Shown piece after piece: positions 49,840-59,697 of a stretch of DNA of 64,000 nucleotides (position 1 is its first letter; each line of letters opens with the position of its first letter). A program made the position numbers and the translations under genes. Under the pieces are notes generated by a model. That model did no database searches and was not told where the DNA came from. It saw nothing but the letters and a program-made list of their open reading frames with translations. Origin of the DNA: Candidatus Spongiisociaceae bacterium (GTDB lineage: Bacteria > Actinomycetota > Acidimicrobiia > Spongiisociales > Spongiisociaceae); the NCBI GenBank assembly GCA_965262915.1, contig OZ253564.1:2624001-2688000 (forward strand). Direction: 5' to 3'.

Positions 49840-50963
49840 CGCTCACGATTGGCCGCGATCACGCCGGGGTCGAGAATGTGGGGGTTGGCCGGGATGGCGG
49901 TGTGCTCAACGAACGCGTCCGGCAGCGGAGTGTTCGGGTTTGCCGGGAAGACGAAGTAGTTGAGCGGCAATTCCGCCTGCAGCGCATCGGTGAGCCACCA
50001 GTCGACCAAGGCCTGAGCGGCCGGCAGGTTGTCAGTGCCCTTGAGGATACCGATGAACTCGATCTGGCGGAAGCAACTCGCCTCCATAACACCGCTCGGT
50101 GCTACCTCAGGCTGGGGATCGGCGAAGATCACCTCGGCCGGAGGGCTCGACGCATAGGAGACAACGAGCGGCTGACCGCCCCCGTAGAGTGACCAACTCG
50201 TGTAGTAAGCCTCTTCCCAGCCGGCGACGATCTGAACGTCGTTGGCGCGCATGTCCGCCCAGAAGTCGAGCCAGCCCTCCTCGCCGTACTCGGCAATCGT
50301 TGCCAGCATGAAAGCCAGGCCCGGCGACGACGTGGCCGGGTTCTGGACGACGAGCAGGCCGGAGTACTCGGGCTTGCGAAGATCGTCCATCGTCTCCGGC
50401 ACGGCCAGTCCGGAACTCTCGAAGAATGCCTTGTCGTAGTTGATGCACACGTCGCCGAAGTCGACGACCGTCACCCGGTTCTCCGGATCCACTTGGAACT
50501 CGGCCGGGAGCTGGTCCGCCAGCGGCGACCGGTACGGGATGAACACGTCCTCGGCGAGCAACCGGCTGAGGAACGTGTTGTCGAAGCCGTAGAGCACGTC
50601 TCCGAGTGGATTGTCCTTCGTGAGGATCGCCTGGTTGACCATGCTGCCGACATCGCCGCCTGCAATAAGCTCGAGATCGACTCCGGTCTCCGTTCGGAAC
50701 GGTTCGAGGAGGTACTCCACCGTCGAGAAGGCGTTGTTGGTCACCAGGGTCAGTTCGCCCTCGACCATCGGGGGTGCGGCTGTGGTTGGTGCGGCTGTGG
50801 TTGGTGGAGCTGTGGTTGGTGCGGCCGTTGTCGGCTCGTCGTCTCCGCATGCAGCGGCCAGGACAGCCAACACAACGAGCACCAGCGTCAGACGGCGCAA
50901 GGTTCGCAACGTGGGACTACGCAGCCAGGCCACGCTTCCTCTCGATCCGGTATCCGGGTTCAT
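49803..50963 (-). CDS. thiamine ABC transporter substrate-binding lipoprotein (ThiB-like)
   Basis: LAAAC lipobox, TTAAP repeats, NPATSSPGLAF, VVSYASSP, CFRQIEF. Confidence 0.85.
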   Translation of the reverse strand: MNPDTGSRGSVAWLRSPTLRTLRRLTLVLVVLAVLAAACGDDEPTTAAPTTAPPTTAAPTTAAPPMVEGELTLVTNNAFSTVEYLLEPFRTETGVDLELIAGGDVGSMVNQAILTKDNPLGDVLYGFDNTFLSRLLAEDVFIPYRSPLADQLPAEFQVDPENRVTVVDFGDVCINYDKAFFESSGLAVPETMDDLRKPEYSGLLVVQNPATSSPGLAFMLATIAEYGEEGWLDFWADMRANDVQIVAGWEEAYYTSWSLYGGGQPLVVSYASSPPAEVIFADPQPEVAPSGVMEASCFRQIEFIGILKGTDNLPAAQALVDWWLTDALQAELPLNYFVFPANPNTPLPDAFVEHTAIPANPHILDPGVIAANRERWIGEWDSTVLR

Positions 50964-51295
50964 TTCGCATCCGTCCTGACTCTCGTTGTGATCGGCCTCC
51001 CGGCCCGGGCCTTCTCCGATCATTGTCGCTGGGCGATAGTACCCGACTACCGAAGTCGTTGTCTCTATGTACTCGACGGCTCAAAGCTGTCAAAAAAATA
51101 CCAATACCGCGCCCCTGGGCAATGGGAGGCTCACGGGAGGGAACGGTGTCCTGCCGGTGAGGAAAGGGACGATGGCGGCAACAGAACCGGTTGACGTGTG
51201 GTCCGTTCCGGGCGAGTTGGTGGGCCTTGAGCCGGGTAGCTTTCACGCGTGCTCAGGCCGAAGCCGGATCTCCATATCCGGACCGGTCCGCGATC

Positions 51296-52048
51296 CTAGA
51301 TCTCGGCCAGGCGCTCCAGCCCGAGGCGGATCATCCAGTCGCTGATCAGGCTCGACAGGTCCGTGATCCTCCCGGTGATGAACAGCCATCCGAACACCAC
51401 CATCAGGAGGCCCGACGCCACATTGATCTTCCGGAGGTGGCGCTGGAGGAGCCTGATTCCCGAGTAGACCTTGGTCACCCCTATGCCTGCCGCGATGAAC
51501 GGTATCCCCATACCCATCGAGAAGAGGAACAGCAGGAACATCCCCCTCCCCACCGTTTCCTGGGTGGCGGCCTGGGTGAGGATGGCGGCCAGGACCGGTC
51601 CGATACACGGTGTCCATCCGAACCCGAACGCCATGCCCATCAAGGGAGGCGCCCACCCGCCCAGGCGGGAAGGTCGTACTTCTAGCCGCCGTTCCCTCGC
51701 CAGGAAGGCCAGGCGCGGCGAGTTGCCGAGCGCCATAACCAGGATGACCACCCCGAACAGCACGATGAGCCACCCGGCCACCTGCGTGATGATGGTCTTG
51801 TTACGGATCAGCAGGCCGGCTATCGAGGTGGCGCCGGCCCCGAGCGCTACGAACACCACGGTCAACCCTGCTACGAACAGCACGGTCACCCGGAGCATCC
51901 GGAGGGTCGACGCCTTCCCCTGCTGCAGATCGGCTACGGAATACCCGGACATCAGCGCCAGGTAGCCCGGGAGCAGGGGGAGGACGCAGGGCGATACGAA
52001 CGAGAGGACCCCGAACACGAAGGCGCTCAGGTAACTGGCGGGTTCCAT
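51296..52048 (-). CDS. ccdA: cytochrome c biogenesis protein CcdA
   Basis: SFVSPCVLPLLPGY and FGFGWTPCIGPVL. Confidence 0.92.
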   Translation of the reverse strand: MEPASYLSAFVFGVLSFVSPCVLPLLPGYLALMSGYSVADLQQGKASTLRMLRVTVLFVAGLTVVFVALGAGATSIAGLLIRNKTIITQVAGWLIVLFGVVILVMALGNSPRLAFLARERRLEVRPSRLGGWAPPLMGMAFGFGWTPCIGPVLAAILTQAATQETVGRGMFLLFLFSMGMGIPFIAAGIGVTKVYSGIRLLQRHLRKINVASGLLMVVFGWLFITGRITDLSSLISDWMIRLGLERLAEI

Positions 52049-52302
52049 GTTCCTCCGCGCTCGCCGGTGGGAATCGCCCTCACGGTTCTATCTTCGCACG
52101 AACGCCGCCCGAGACAAATGCGGCGTCCGTGGATGCCGGATGGTCTACCGGTCGAGACCGCCGGAGTCCGATATGCCGGTATGACAGTCTTTTCTCGCTC
52201 TTGGGTAGTCTGTGGGGCGATGGCCCATGCGATACCGACGTGCTTCGGAACCCCGGGCCGATCCCGCACCCGCTATCCGCCGGTACCGCCAGGATCGAGA
52301 CC

Positions 52303-53535
52303 ATGATCGGCCGCCTGATCCGGTTGTTCGGGCCGGCCTCGGGGTATCGGCGCCAGGATCGCCTCCTGCTCGGGCTCATGTATGTGGCCGGTTTCTTCCA
52401 GGGGTACGCGCAGACCCAGGCCGTCAACACCCTCCCTTTCGTCCGGATCGCCTTCGGGTTGACCGAAGCCGACATGAGCCGCCTGTTCGCCATCGCCCGC
52501 ATCGGGGCTCTGGTGGCGGTGGTGTATGCTGTCCTCGGTGACCGGTGGGGGCGCAGGGGTCCGTTTCTCATCGCTTACCTGATGCTGCTCGCTGCCAACG
52601 GGTTCACCGCGCTGGCGATCTCGCCCACCCTCTACACAGCCTTCCAGGTCATGGCCCGGATGGGGGCGGCGGCCATGGCGATGCTGGTCACCGTCCTGCT
52701 GGCGGAGCAGGTCCGCTGGGACAACCGGGCCTGGGCGATCAGTTTCTATGCCACCGCGGTGGCGCTCGGATCGGGCACCGGTCTGCTGGCGCTCCCGATC
52801 GCGCAGATCAACGAGCAGGGCTGGAGGGTGCTCTTCGCCGCGTCGGTCGTGGGGCTGCCGTTCTACCTGGTGCTGCGGATCAAGGTCCGGGAAAGCCGGG
52901 TGTTCCGCTACACGGAGAGCCGCACCAACCCCGTATACCCCCTGGTCGGTCACTATGCGGGACGGTTCTGGCTGGTGGCCGTCTACAGCCTGTCGATCAG
53001 CGCCTTCTCGGCGGTGGCCGTGACCTTCTCTCTTGAGCGCCTGGTCAACCATCTCGGCTACTCGAGCGCCGATGCGGCGAGGACCCTGCTGATCGGCGGT
53101 ACGGTCGGCGGGATAGGGTTCTTCCTGGGCGGGCGGATAGCCGACTCGCTCGGTCGCAAGCCGGTCATCATCTTCTCGCTGGTGGTGGGTCTGGTGGGCG
53201 GGGTCGGGTACTACTGGTGGTCCACCCCTGAACTGCTCCTGGTCGCCACGACCCTCTCCGCCTTCGGGAGTTCGGCGGCCCTTCCGGTCAGCGCCGCCCA
53301 GCGCACCGAGCTCTTCCCCACCGAGATCCGGGCCACCGCCGGCCAGTGGCTCCACTCGGTTGCCGTGCTGGGATCGATACTGGGCCTGTCCGTGGCCGGA
53401 TACACCATCGAGCTCTGGGGACTGCCCTTGACGGTGGCCGCGCTGGGGTCGGGAGTGCTCCTGGCCATCCTCGTGCAGACCGCGATCCCCGAGACGCTGG
53501 GCAACGAGATGGGTCAGATAACCACCCGGACGTAA
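52303..53535 (+). CDS. MFS transporter
   Basis: About 12 hydrophobic segments, GDRWGRR, ADSLGRK, ELFPTEIRATA. Confidence 0.9.
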   Translation: MIGRLIRLFGPASGYRRQDRLLLGLMYVAGFFQGYAQTQAVNTLPFVRIAFGLTEADMSRLFAIARIGALVAVVYAVLGDRWGRRGPFLIAYLMLLAANGFTALAISPTLYTAFQVMARMGAAAMAMLVTVLLAEQVRWDNRAWAISFYATAVALGSGTGLLALPIAQINEQGWRVLFAASVVGLPFYLVLRIKVRESRVFRYTESRTNPVYPLVGHYAGRFWLVAVYSLSISAFSAVAVTFSLERLVNHLGYSSADAARTLLIGGTVGGIGFFLGGRIADSLGRKPVIIFSLVVGLVGGVGYYWWSTPELLLVATTLSAFGSSAALPVSAAQRTELFPTEIRATAGQWLHSVAVLGSILGLSVAGYTIELWGLPLTVAALGSGVLLAILVQTAIPETLGNEMGQITTRT

Positions 53536-54794
53536 CGCCAGGTGATCGGCCCCACCCGGGCCAGCATCAGGATCACCAGCACCCACCAGATACCGCTGAT
53601 CGAGCCGGCGGTGAGCAGCAGGGTACAGGCGAGCCCGTTCGCCCCGACCATGGCCGCGGCCAGGAACGTGAAATCGGCGGCGCCGATCATGATCCCGTCG
53701 AGGACGAAGACCACGCTGTTGAGCGGCTGGGTGATGGCTACGAACGGCATCAGGGAGGCTGCCATCGCTATGACGGCCGGATCGGGTGTGAACCAGCCCG
53801 GCAGGGCGTTGCGCAGCACCCAGAACACCACCGCCATGAGTACACCCCAGGAGAAACTCCACGCCAGCATGCGGTTGGACAGCCTCCTCGCCCGGCTCGG
53901 GTCGGTTCGCAGATGGGCGGCTACGAGGTTCTGGGCGGCGATGGCGATCGAGTCCACCACCAGTGAGAGGAAGAACCAAACCTGTATGGCCACCTGGTGA
54001 GCGGCTACCTCGGTCACTCCCAGGCGGGCCGCGGAGGCGGTGGCCACCGTGAATGTGGTGACCAGGGCCAGGGTGCGCACGAAGAGAGCCGATCCGGCGC
54101 CGATCAGCTCTCTCATGTTGACCCAGCTAGGGGCGGTCCATCGAATCTCCAGGCCGGTGCGACCCGTGAAGAGCAGGTACATGAACGCCGCCGCTCCGGC
54201 GGACTGGGCGATCACCGTCGCGATGCCTGCCCCCGCCAGGCCCCAGCCGAATCCGAATATCAGGACGGGATCGAGGACCACGTTGATCAGGCTCAAGCCC
54301 AGGCTGATGAACATGGGGGTTCGGGTGTCTCCCAATCCCCTGTATACGGCGTGCCCCACGGTGATGGCGAGCAACGCGGGGAGACCGAGTCCCCGGAGGC
54401 GCAGGTAACCGACCGCGAGGTGCTCGACTTCGGGCGCCGAGCCCATGAGGCGCACCAGCTGCGGGGCGGCCGTTTCGAATACCACCAGGCCGATCACCAC
54501 GAGAACGACCGCGATCAGCATCGACTGGCCAGCCAGCACCGCCGCTCGGTCGCGGTCACCGGCGCCCATCGCACGGGCTATCAGAGGGGTGCTGGCGTAG
54601 GCGAGAGCGATGAACACGAAGAAAACCAGACCGAGCAGCCCCGTCACCACGCCGAGGGCGGCCAGGGGCGCTCCGCCCAGGCGACCTACGAACGCGGTGT
54701 CCACCAGAGCCACGAGGGGCTCGGCCGCCAGCGCGCCGAGAGCCGGGATGGCCAGCCGGAAGATCTCTCGGTCGTCGGAGGTGATTGAGAGCAT
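53514..54794 (-). CDS. MATE-family efflux transporter (DinF-like)
   Basis: DREIFRLAIPALGALAAEPL..LVDTAFVGRLG, RGLGDTRTP, AAHQV. Confidence 0.92.
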   Translation of the reverse strand: MLSITSDDREIFRLAIPALGALAAEPLVALVDTAFVGRLGGAPLAALGVVTGLLGLVFFVFIALAYASTPLIARAMGAGDRDRAAVLAGQSMLIAVVLVVIGLVVFETAAPQLVRLMGSAPEVEHLAVGYLRLRGLGLPALLAITVGHAVYRGLGDTRTPMFISLGLSLINVVLDPVLIFGFGWGLAGAGIATVIAQSAGAAAFMYLLFTGRTGLEIRWTAPSWVNMRELIGAGSALFVRTLALVTTFTVATASAARLGVTEVAAHQVAIQVWFFLSLVVDSIAIAAQNLVAAHLRTDPSRARRLSNRMLAWSFSWGVLMAVVFWVLRNALPGWFTPDPAVIAMAASLMPFVAITQPLNSVVFVLDGIMIGAADFTFLAAAMVGANGLACTLLLTAGSISGIWWVLVILMLARVGPITWRYVRVVI

Positions 54795-54963
54795 GTGTAC
54801 CGGGGAGCTTATGAGGTGGCACGGGCGTCGGGGACACCGGCCCGGCCCGGCGAGCCGCTGGCCGGGACTCCGGAACGGGTCGGGATCGCCCGGCGGCTTC
54901 GGCATGCGGTAGGATCGCATGACGGCGGAAAGTCGTCGGCGGGCCATCTAACCTGCTCCACCT

Positions 54964-55647
54964 ATGGCGGCAGGCGAGAAACGAGCGGATGGCACCGTAC
55001 CCACCCCGAAAGAGCGGGGATTCGCCCGGCGTATCGTCAACCGCCTGGCGATACGCTATCCGGAGATCGGTACCGCGCTCCGGTACGCCAATCCGTTCGA
55101 GTTGCTGGTGTCCACGGTGATCTCCGCCCAGACCACAGACGAGAACGTGAACCGGGCCACCCCGGAGTTGTTCGCCCGGTGGCCGGCAGCCGAGGACCTG
55201 GCCGTGGCCAACCCCGAGCAGGTGGAGCGGGTGATCTTCTCGACCGGCTTCTACCGCCAGAAGACCCGTTCGATCATCGCCCTGTCCCAGGATGTGGTCG
55301 ACCGCTACGAGGGGGTGGTTCCCGACGACATCGATGAGCTGGTGACTCTGAGGGGGGTGGGCCGCAAGACCGCTTCGGTGGTCCTGGCGGAGGCCTTCGG
55401 TCAGCCGGCCATCGCGGTCGACACCCATGTGAGGAGGATCACGAACCGGACCCGGCTGACCCGCGAGCACGATCCCGCCAAGATCGAGCAGGACCTCAAG
55501 TCCCTGGTCCCCAAGCATGAATGGCAGCGTCTGTCGATGCGGATCATCCAGTTCGGCCGGGACGTGTGCGAGGCCCGCCGCCCCCGCTGCTGGGAGTGCG
55601 ACCTACGCAGGCTATGCCCCTACGAGTCGAAGACGCCCGGGCCGTAA
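54964..55647 (+). CDS. nth: endonuclease III
   Basis: SAQTTD, L.GVGRKTA HhH motif, AVDTHV, C-X6-C-X2-C-X5-C Fe-S motif. Confidence 0.96.
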   Translation: MAAGEKRADGTVPTPKERGFARRIVNRLAIRYPEIGTALRYANPFELLVSTVISAQTTDENVNRATPELFARWPAAEDLAVANPEQVERVIFSTGFYRQKTRSIIALSQDVVDRYEGVVPDDIDELVTLRGVGRKTASVVLAEAFGQPAIAVDTHVRRITNRTRLTREHDPAKIEQDLKSLVPKHEWQRLSMRIIQFGRDVCEARRPRCWECDLRRLCPYESKTPGP

Positions 55648-55678
55648 GCACGTTCATGGGCGGTAACCTCCCTGTGTC

Positions 55679-56239
55679 ATGAACCTTGAGCGCTACATAT
55701 CCGAGCGAGCGAGCGTGACCGGTGACATCGTCAACGTCGACAGCTTCATCAACCACCGCGTGGACGCGGCGGTGATGTCCGAGATCGGACGGCGGATCGC
55801 CGGATTAGCCGCTCCGCTCCGCCCGGACGTGATCGTCACCGCCGAGGCGAGCGGCATCCCTCCTGCCCTCCTGGCCGCGGTGGAACTGCGGCTACCGATG
55901 ATCTACGCCAAGAAGTACGTGCTGCCCGGACCCCGCCAGGCCGTGAGCCGGGAGGTGGCATCGGCCACCAAAGGGTTCGAGTACACCATCGAGATCCGGC
56001 GGCGGGTGCTCGATCCCGGATTGCGGGCTCTGGTGGTCGACGACTTCCTAGCCCAGGGGCGTACCGCGGTGGCGCTGGCCGAGATCATCGAGGAGATCGG
56101 CTGCCACATGCTGGGAGCGGTGTTCGCCATCGAGAAGGGGTGGGTCGGCGGCCGCAGGCTGCTCGAGGAGCGGGGATGGCCGGTGTGGTCGGTGATCAAC
56201 ATCGCGTCGGTCGAGGGAGGGATCGTCCGGTTTGCCTGA
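55679..56239 (+). CDS. xpt: xanthine phosphoribosyltransferase
   Basis: VDSFINH, TAEASGI, VVDDFLAQG. Confidence 0.85.
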   Translation: MNLERYISERASVTGDIVNVDSFINHRVDAAVMSEIGRRIAGLAAPLRPDVIVTAEASGIPPALLAAVELRLPMIYAKKYVLPGPRQAVSREVASATKGFEYTIEIRRRVLDPGLRALVVDDFLAQGRTAVALAEIIEEIGCHMLGAVFAIEKGWVGGRRLLEERGWPVWSVINIASVEGGIVRFA

Positions 56240-56702
56240 GACGGCGATACCGATCGCCCGGATCGTGGATCAGCTGAGGGACCACACGGGCAACGGTTGT
56301 TTCGCCTGCGGGCTTGCCAACCCGATCGGCCTGCACATCGACGGTTTCACCCGCGACGGCGGCGACATAGTGGCCCGGTTCCCGGCCCGCCCCGACTTTC
56401 AGGGGATCATCGGGAGCCTGCACGGCGGCATCGCGGCCACCGCTCTGGACGAGATACTGGTGTGGGCGGGGATCCTTCAGGAGAAGGTGCTGACCGTGAC
56501 CGCCAAGCTGGAACTCCGCTACCGCCGGCCCGTGGGGAATCTGGGTAGCTACATCTTGTTGCGGGGCCGGGTCGACGAGCGCCGGGGCAGGCGGCTCAAC
56601 ATCAGCGGCGAGCTCGATGCCGGCGACGGTGCGGTCTCGGTTTCCGCCTCGGGCCTCTACCTGGTCAGCCACACGGTTGCCGAGTTGATGGGGGCGGGAT
56701 GA
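56232..56702 (+). CDS. PaaI-family thioesterase
   Basis: CFACG..NPIGL, HGGIAATALDE, TAKLELRYRRP. Confidence 0.88.
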   Translation: MPETAIPIARIVDQLRDHTGNGCFACGLANPIGLHIDGFTRDGGDIVARFPARPDFQGIIGSLHGGIAATALDEILVWAGILQEKVLTVTAKLELRYRRPVGNLGSYILLRGRVDERRGRRLNISGELDAGDGAVSVSASGLYLVSHTVAELMGAG

Positions 56703-56727
56703 TCCGATCGCACGCGGGCAATACAGG

Positions 56728-56783
56728 CCGACCACCGACCACCGACCACCGACCACCGACCACCGACCACCGACCACCGACCA
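56728..56783. repeat. perfect heptamer array (CCGACCA)8
   Basis: Eight exact copies counted. Confidence 0.97.
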
Positions 56784-56925
56784 CCCGATCCTACAAGTGA
56801 CGTGTCTGGTGGCGTGGCGCCGGTCCCGGCCGGTCTAGGCGAGAGTCGAGTAAGGCTGGTTGGTCGACGTTCCCCGCGGTGGCCAAGGGCGCGCGTAGGA
56901 AGGACAAGCTGCTCGGGTGCCTGGA

Positions 56926-57030
56926 ATGATCAAGGCGCCGTGCCGGGCTGACGCCGAGCGGGCGGCGGCTGTGCTGGTGTCGGCAGGGGGTGAGCAGGGT
57001 GGTGCTGTTCGAGTCGGTAGCGCGTGCCGA
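56926..57030 (+). pseudogene. minimal nucleotidyltransferase (MNT-like) remnant
   Basis: ADAERAAAVLVSAG, frameshift in a G-run, then VSRVVLFESVAR (cf. the LFGS.ARG motif). Confidence 0.55.
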
Positions 57031-57144
57031 AAAGCGTTATCGTTGCTCCGCCGTGACCTGCGGCCTGTCGAGGAAGAGATCAGCAAACGGTCGGATGGCG
57101 ACCCGGATGAAGCTCTGTACATGTTCGTCCTAATGGGTCGATAG

Positions 57145-57540
57145 ACAAGAGTCTGCCACATCGATGAGGGGTTCGACCCTTGTGGGCTGGCGTATCCAAT
57201 CCCGCGCCAGGCGGAGCCGAACCAACAAACAGGCCGTTCACAACATCGCAAGCTCACATACCCGGGTCGCCGACCAAGACCCGGTGCTGGGGGGCTGGTG
57301 CACGAATATCCGTCGCGGAGTATCCAAACGGACCTTCAGATCCCTCGACCATTTCGCCCACTGGTGTGTGGTGCGATGGCTGAGGAAACGATACCTCGGA
57401 CTGAGTGTGCACACCCTGGTCCGTCGCTACATCCCCCGATGGGAGATCAGAGACGGCCAGATGTGAAATGGTCCGACCCCAGGCGGTTCGCCGTTGTGCG
57501 CTACTGATATTGAGGCACCAAAATCCCCACACCTTCGGAG
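57145..57540 (+). pseudogene. group II intron reverse transcriptase/maturase C-terminal remnant
   Basis: TRVCHIDEGFD/GWRIQ, PVLGGWC...GVSKRTF..LDHF...RWLRKR, then VVRY*Y*GTKIPTP; several frameshifts and stops. Confidence 0.8.
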
Positions 57541-57786
57541 GGCCGGTCACAGAAACCCACCAGCTGATTAGCAGTCAGGGCGCCTCCGATCCGACTCTAC
57601 ACCTATGTTCCTACCCGAGAGGACAGGTTCCTCTACCTCGTGGTAGTGCCTGATGTCTGGGCCCGGAGGGTGGCGGGATGGTTCCATATAATTGTCCACA
57701 ACAGCGGGGCAACTCCACCCTTCCACTGTTAGAGTCGGATTCCCTGGAGCGGGGAGACGCTCCAGGAGCGGAGGGAAGGATCTGCT

Positions 57787-59529
57787 ATGTACCGGAGAGG
57801 TTTGACTTATCTAGGACTGTTGGTGACGTTCGCGCTCATCGTAGCTGCCTGCGGTGACGACTCGGCTGAGCCGGCCACACCTGCCCCGACTACCGCGGCA
57901 CCCACTGAAACAACCGCCGCGCCGACAGCAACAACCGCGGCACCCACCGAGACAACCGCCGCGCCGACAGCAACAACCGCGGCACCCACTGAAACAACCG
58001 CGGCGCCGGGCCCGGTAGTAGGGGACCTCTTCACGATGGCGATCCCGTCTGTGCCCAACAGCCTCGATCCCCAGGTTCCCCAAGGAAATGCGAGTAACGA
58101 TACTTATTCGATTTGGGTCAGCACCCTCATCCAGTACGCCAACATAGGAGCCGATCCGGCTGGATTGCAGGGCCCTACTGATATCGTCGGCGAACTTGCC
58201 GAGTCGTGGGTACGCAACGATGACGGAAGCTACACGATAACTCTGCGTTCGGCCCGAAGCACGGCCGGGAATGAGGTCACGTCAGAGGACGTAAGGTGGT
58301 CATTTGAGCGGGCAAAAGAACTGGATCCGATCGCGGCCTTCTTATACGACGCAGGAAACTTCGATACCGACAACCTAATCACGGTTATCAACGACAAGAC
58401 TTTCACGATCAACGTCACCGCTCCGAGCATCGTAACACTGCGTACTCTCATTCCGGAGAATCTGCCGGTACTCGACAGCACAGAAGCGTTGAAGTACGCG
58501 ACGGACGAAGATCCGTGGGCTTCTGAGTGGCTGGCTGGCAACATCGCCACCTTTGGCCCATATACTCTCGATTCGTTTACGCCGGGGGAAGAGATTCGGC
58601 TTCGGGCGAATGAGAACTACTGGGGCGGACCTCCGGCCTTTACTGAGGTTCTGATTCGAGCCATCCCGGACTCGAGTACGAGGCTACAGCTGTTGGCTGC
58701 TGGTGAGATTGACTTCGCCGGTCGCCTGTCGGCACGCCATTTCACCGACCTCCAAAGTAACCCTGATGTGAATACGATCATTTCACCCACAGCTAAGAGC
58801 GACGTCATTTTCTTGAGGCACGGTGTCGCGCCGTTCACCGACCCCCGGGTAAGGAAGGCAATTGCCCTGGCAATTGACAGAGGTGCTCTGGTCCAAGCCG
58901 CGTATGAGAATCTAGGAACGCCATCGCTCTTCCAAATCGATTCCCGGATGCCATACCCTGGTCTTCCACCGTCCACGCCGTACTCTTATGATCCAGACGC
59001 GGCGCGGGCACTCCTGGCCGACGCCGGGTTAGCGGATGGTTTCTCCTTCGAACTGGTAGGGTTCAACGGCCGGCCCGGTCCTCAGGCGGAACCCATAGCC
59101 ATACTTGTCAAGTCCCAACTCGCGGAGATTGGCATTGACGTGACCATCAACATGGTTGCTTCGTCGGCCGATTACAACGCGGGCAGGGCAAAAGACGGTC
59201 CTTACGTAGCGTGGATAGACCAGTATCTGTCACTGGTTCCGGATCCGTCCTATCACGTAGGACTGTTCCTGGAATCGACCAGCATTTACAACCTGGCCGG
59301 TTATGCCAATGCGCGGGTGGATGAACTAGTCGAGTTGACGACGGCGCTGGAACCGGGAGCTGAGCGCGACGAACTCCTCATCGAGATGGTTCTCATTCTC
59401 CAGGACGAGGCGGTGGTAATTCCGCTGGTAGAAGATGTCCTGCTGGTCGCGCTCGGCAGTGACATCGGGGGATACTATCCCGTAGCGAATCTGCGGCTTT
59501 ACCCGCACCGTCTCCAGCGACAGGGCTAG
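57787..59529 (+). CDS. ABC transporter substrate-binding lipoprotein, family 5 (Opp/Dpp-like)
   Basis: VAAC lipobox, TTAAP linker, SLDP, LAESW, GPY, DPRVRKAIALAIDR. Confidence 0.92.
   Translation: MYRRGLTYLGLLVTFALIVAACGDDSAEPATPAPTTAAPTETTAAPTATTAAPTETTAAPTATTAAPTETTAAPGPVVGDLFTMAIPSVPNSLDPQVPQGNASNDTYSIWVSTLIQYANIGADPAGLQGPTDIVGELAESWVRNDDGSYTITLRSARSTAGNEVTSEDVRWSFERAKELDPIAAFLYDAGNFDTDNLITVINDKTFTINVTAPSIVTLRTLIPENLPVLDSTEALKYATDEDPWASEWLAGNIATFGPYTLDSFTPGEEIRLRANENYWGGPPAFTEVLIRAIPDSSTRLQLLAAGEIDFAGRLSARHFTDLQSNPDVNTIISPTAKSDVIFLRHGVAPFTDPRVRKAIALAIDRGALVQAAYENLGTPSLFQIDSRMPYPGLPPSTPYSYDPDAARALLADAGLADGFSFELVGFNGRPGPQAEPIAILVKSQLAEIGIDVTINMVASSADYNAGRAKDGPYVAWIDQYLSLVPDPSYHVGLFLESTSIYNLAGYANARVDELVELTTALEPGAERDELLIEMVLILQDEAVVIPLVEDVLLVALGSDIGGYYPVANLRLYPHRLQRQG
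57889..58006 (+). repeat. intragenic tandem repeat encoding (TTAAPTET/TTAAPTAT)n linker
   Basis: Visible in both DNA and protein. Confidence 0.8.
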
Positions 59530-59551
59530 CAGTCCCCTTGAGGGGACTGCT
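59528..59551 (+). terminator. perfect hairpin directly after the SBP stop codon
   Basis: AGCAGTCCCC-TTGA-GGGGACTGCT; no U-tract, so it may be a stabiliser rather than a terminator. Confidence 0.6.
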
Positions 59552-59697
59552 GACGTGAAGGAGTCCGGCCGGGGACCCGAACGGTGCGTGCCGATACCGC
59601 CTGAACATACCTGGGATTTCGCGACCCGGCCGGTCCCGGCCCGTATGGCCCCGCAAGGAACGTCACGGGGAGGAAGTGTCACGCGCATCGGGGCTAC

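Noticed and set aside
50776-50830. 15-bp repeats in the thiB-like gene as a mobile or regulatory repeat
   Set aside because: They encode the TTAAP lipoprotein linker, also present in the SBP at 57889-58006
57145-57540. Retron or diversity-generating retroelement
   Set aside because: Only a decayed group II intron-type C-terminal fragment; no catalytic core, msr/msd or TR/VR pair seen
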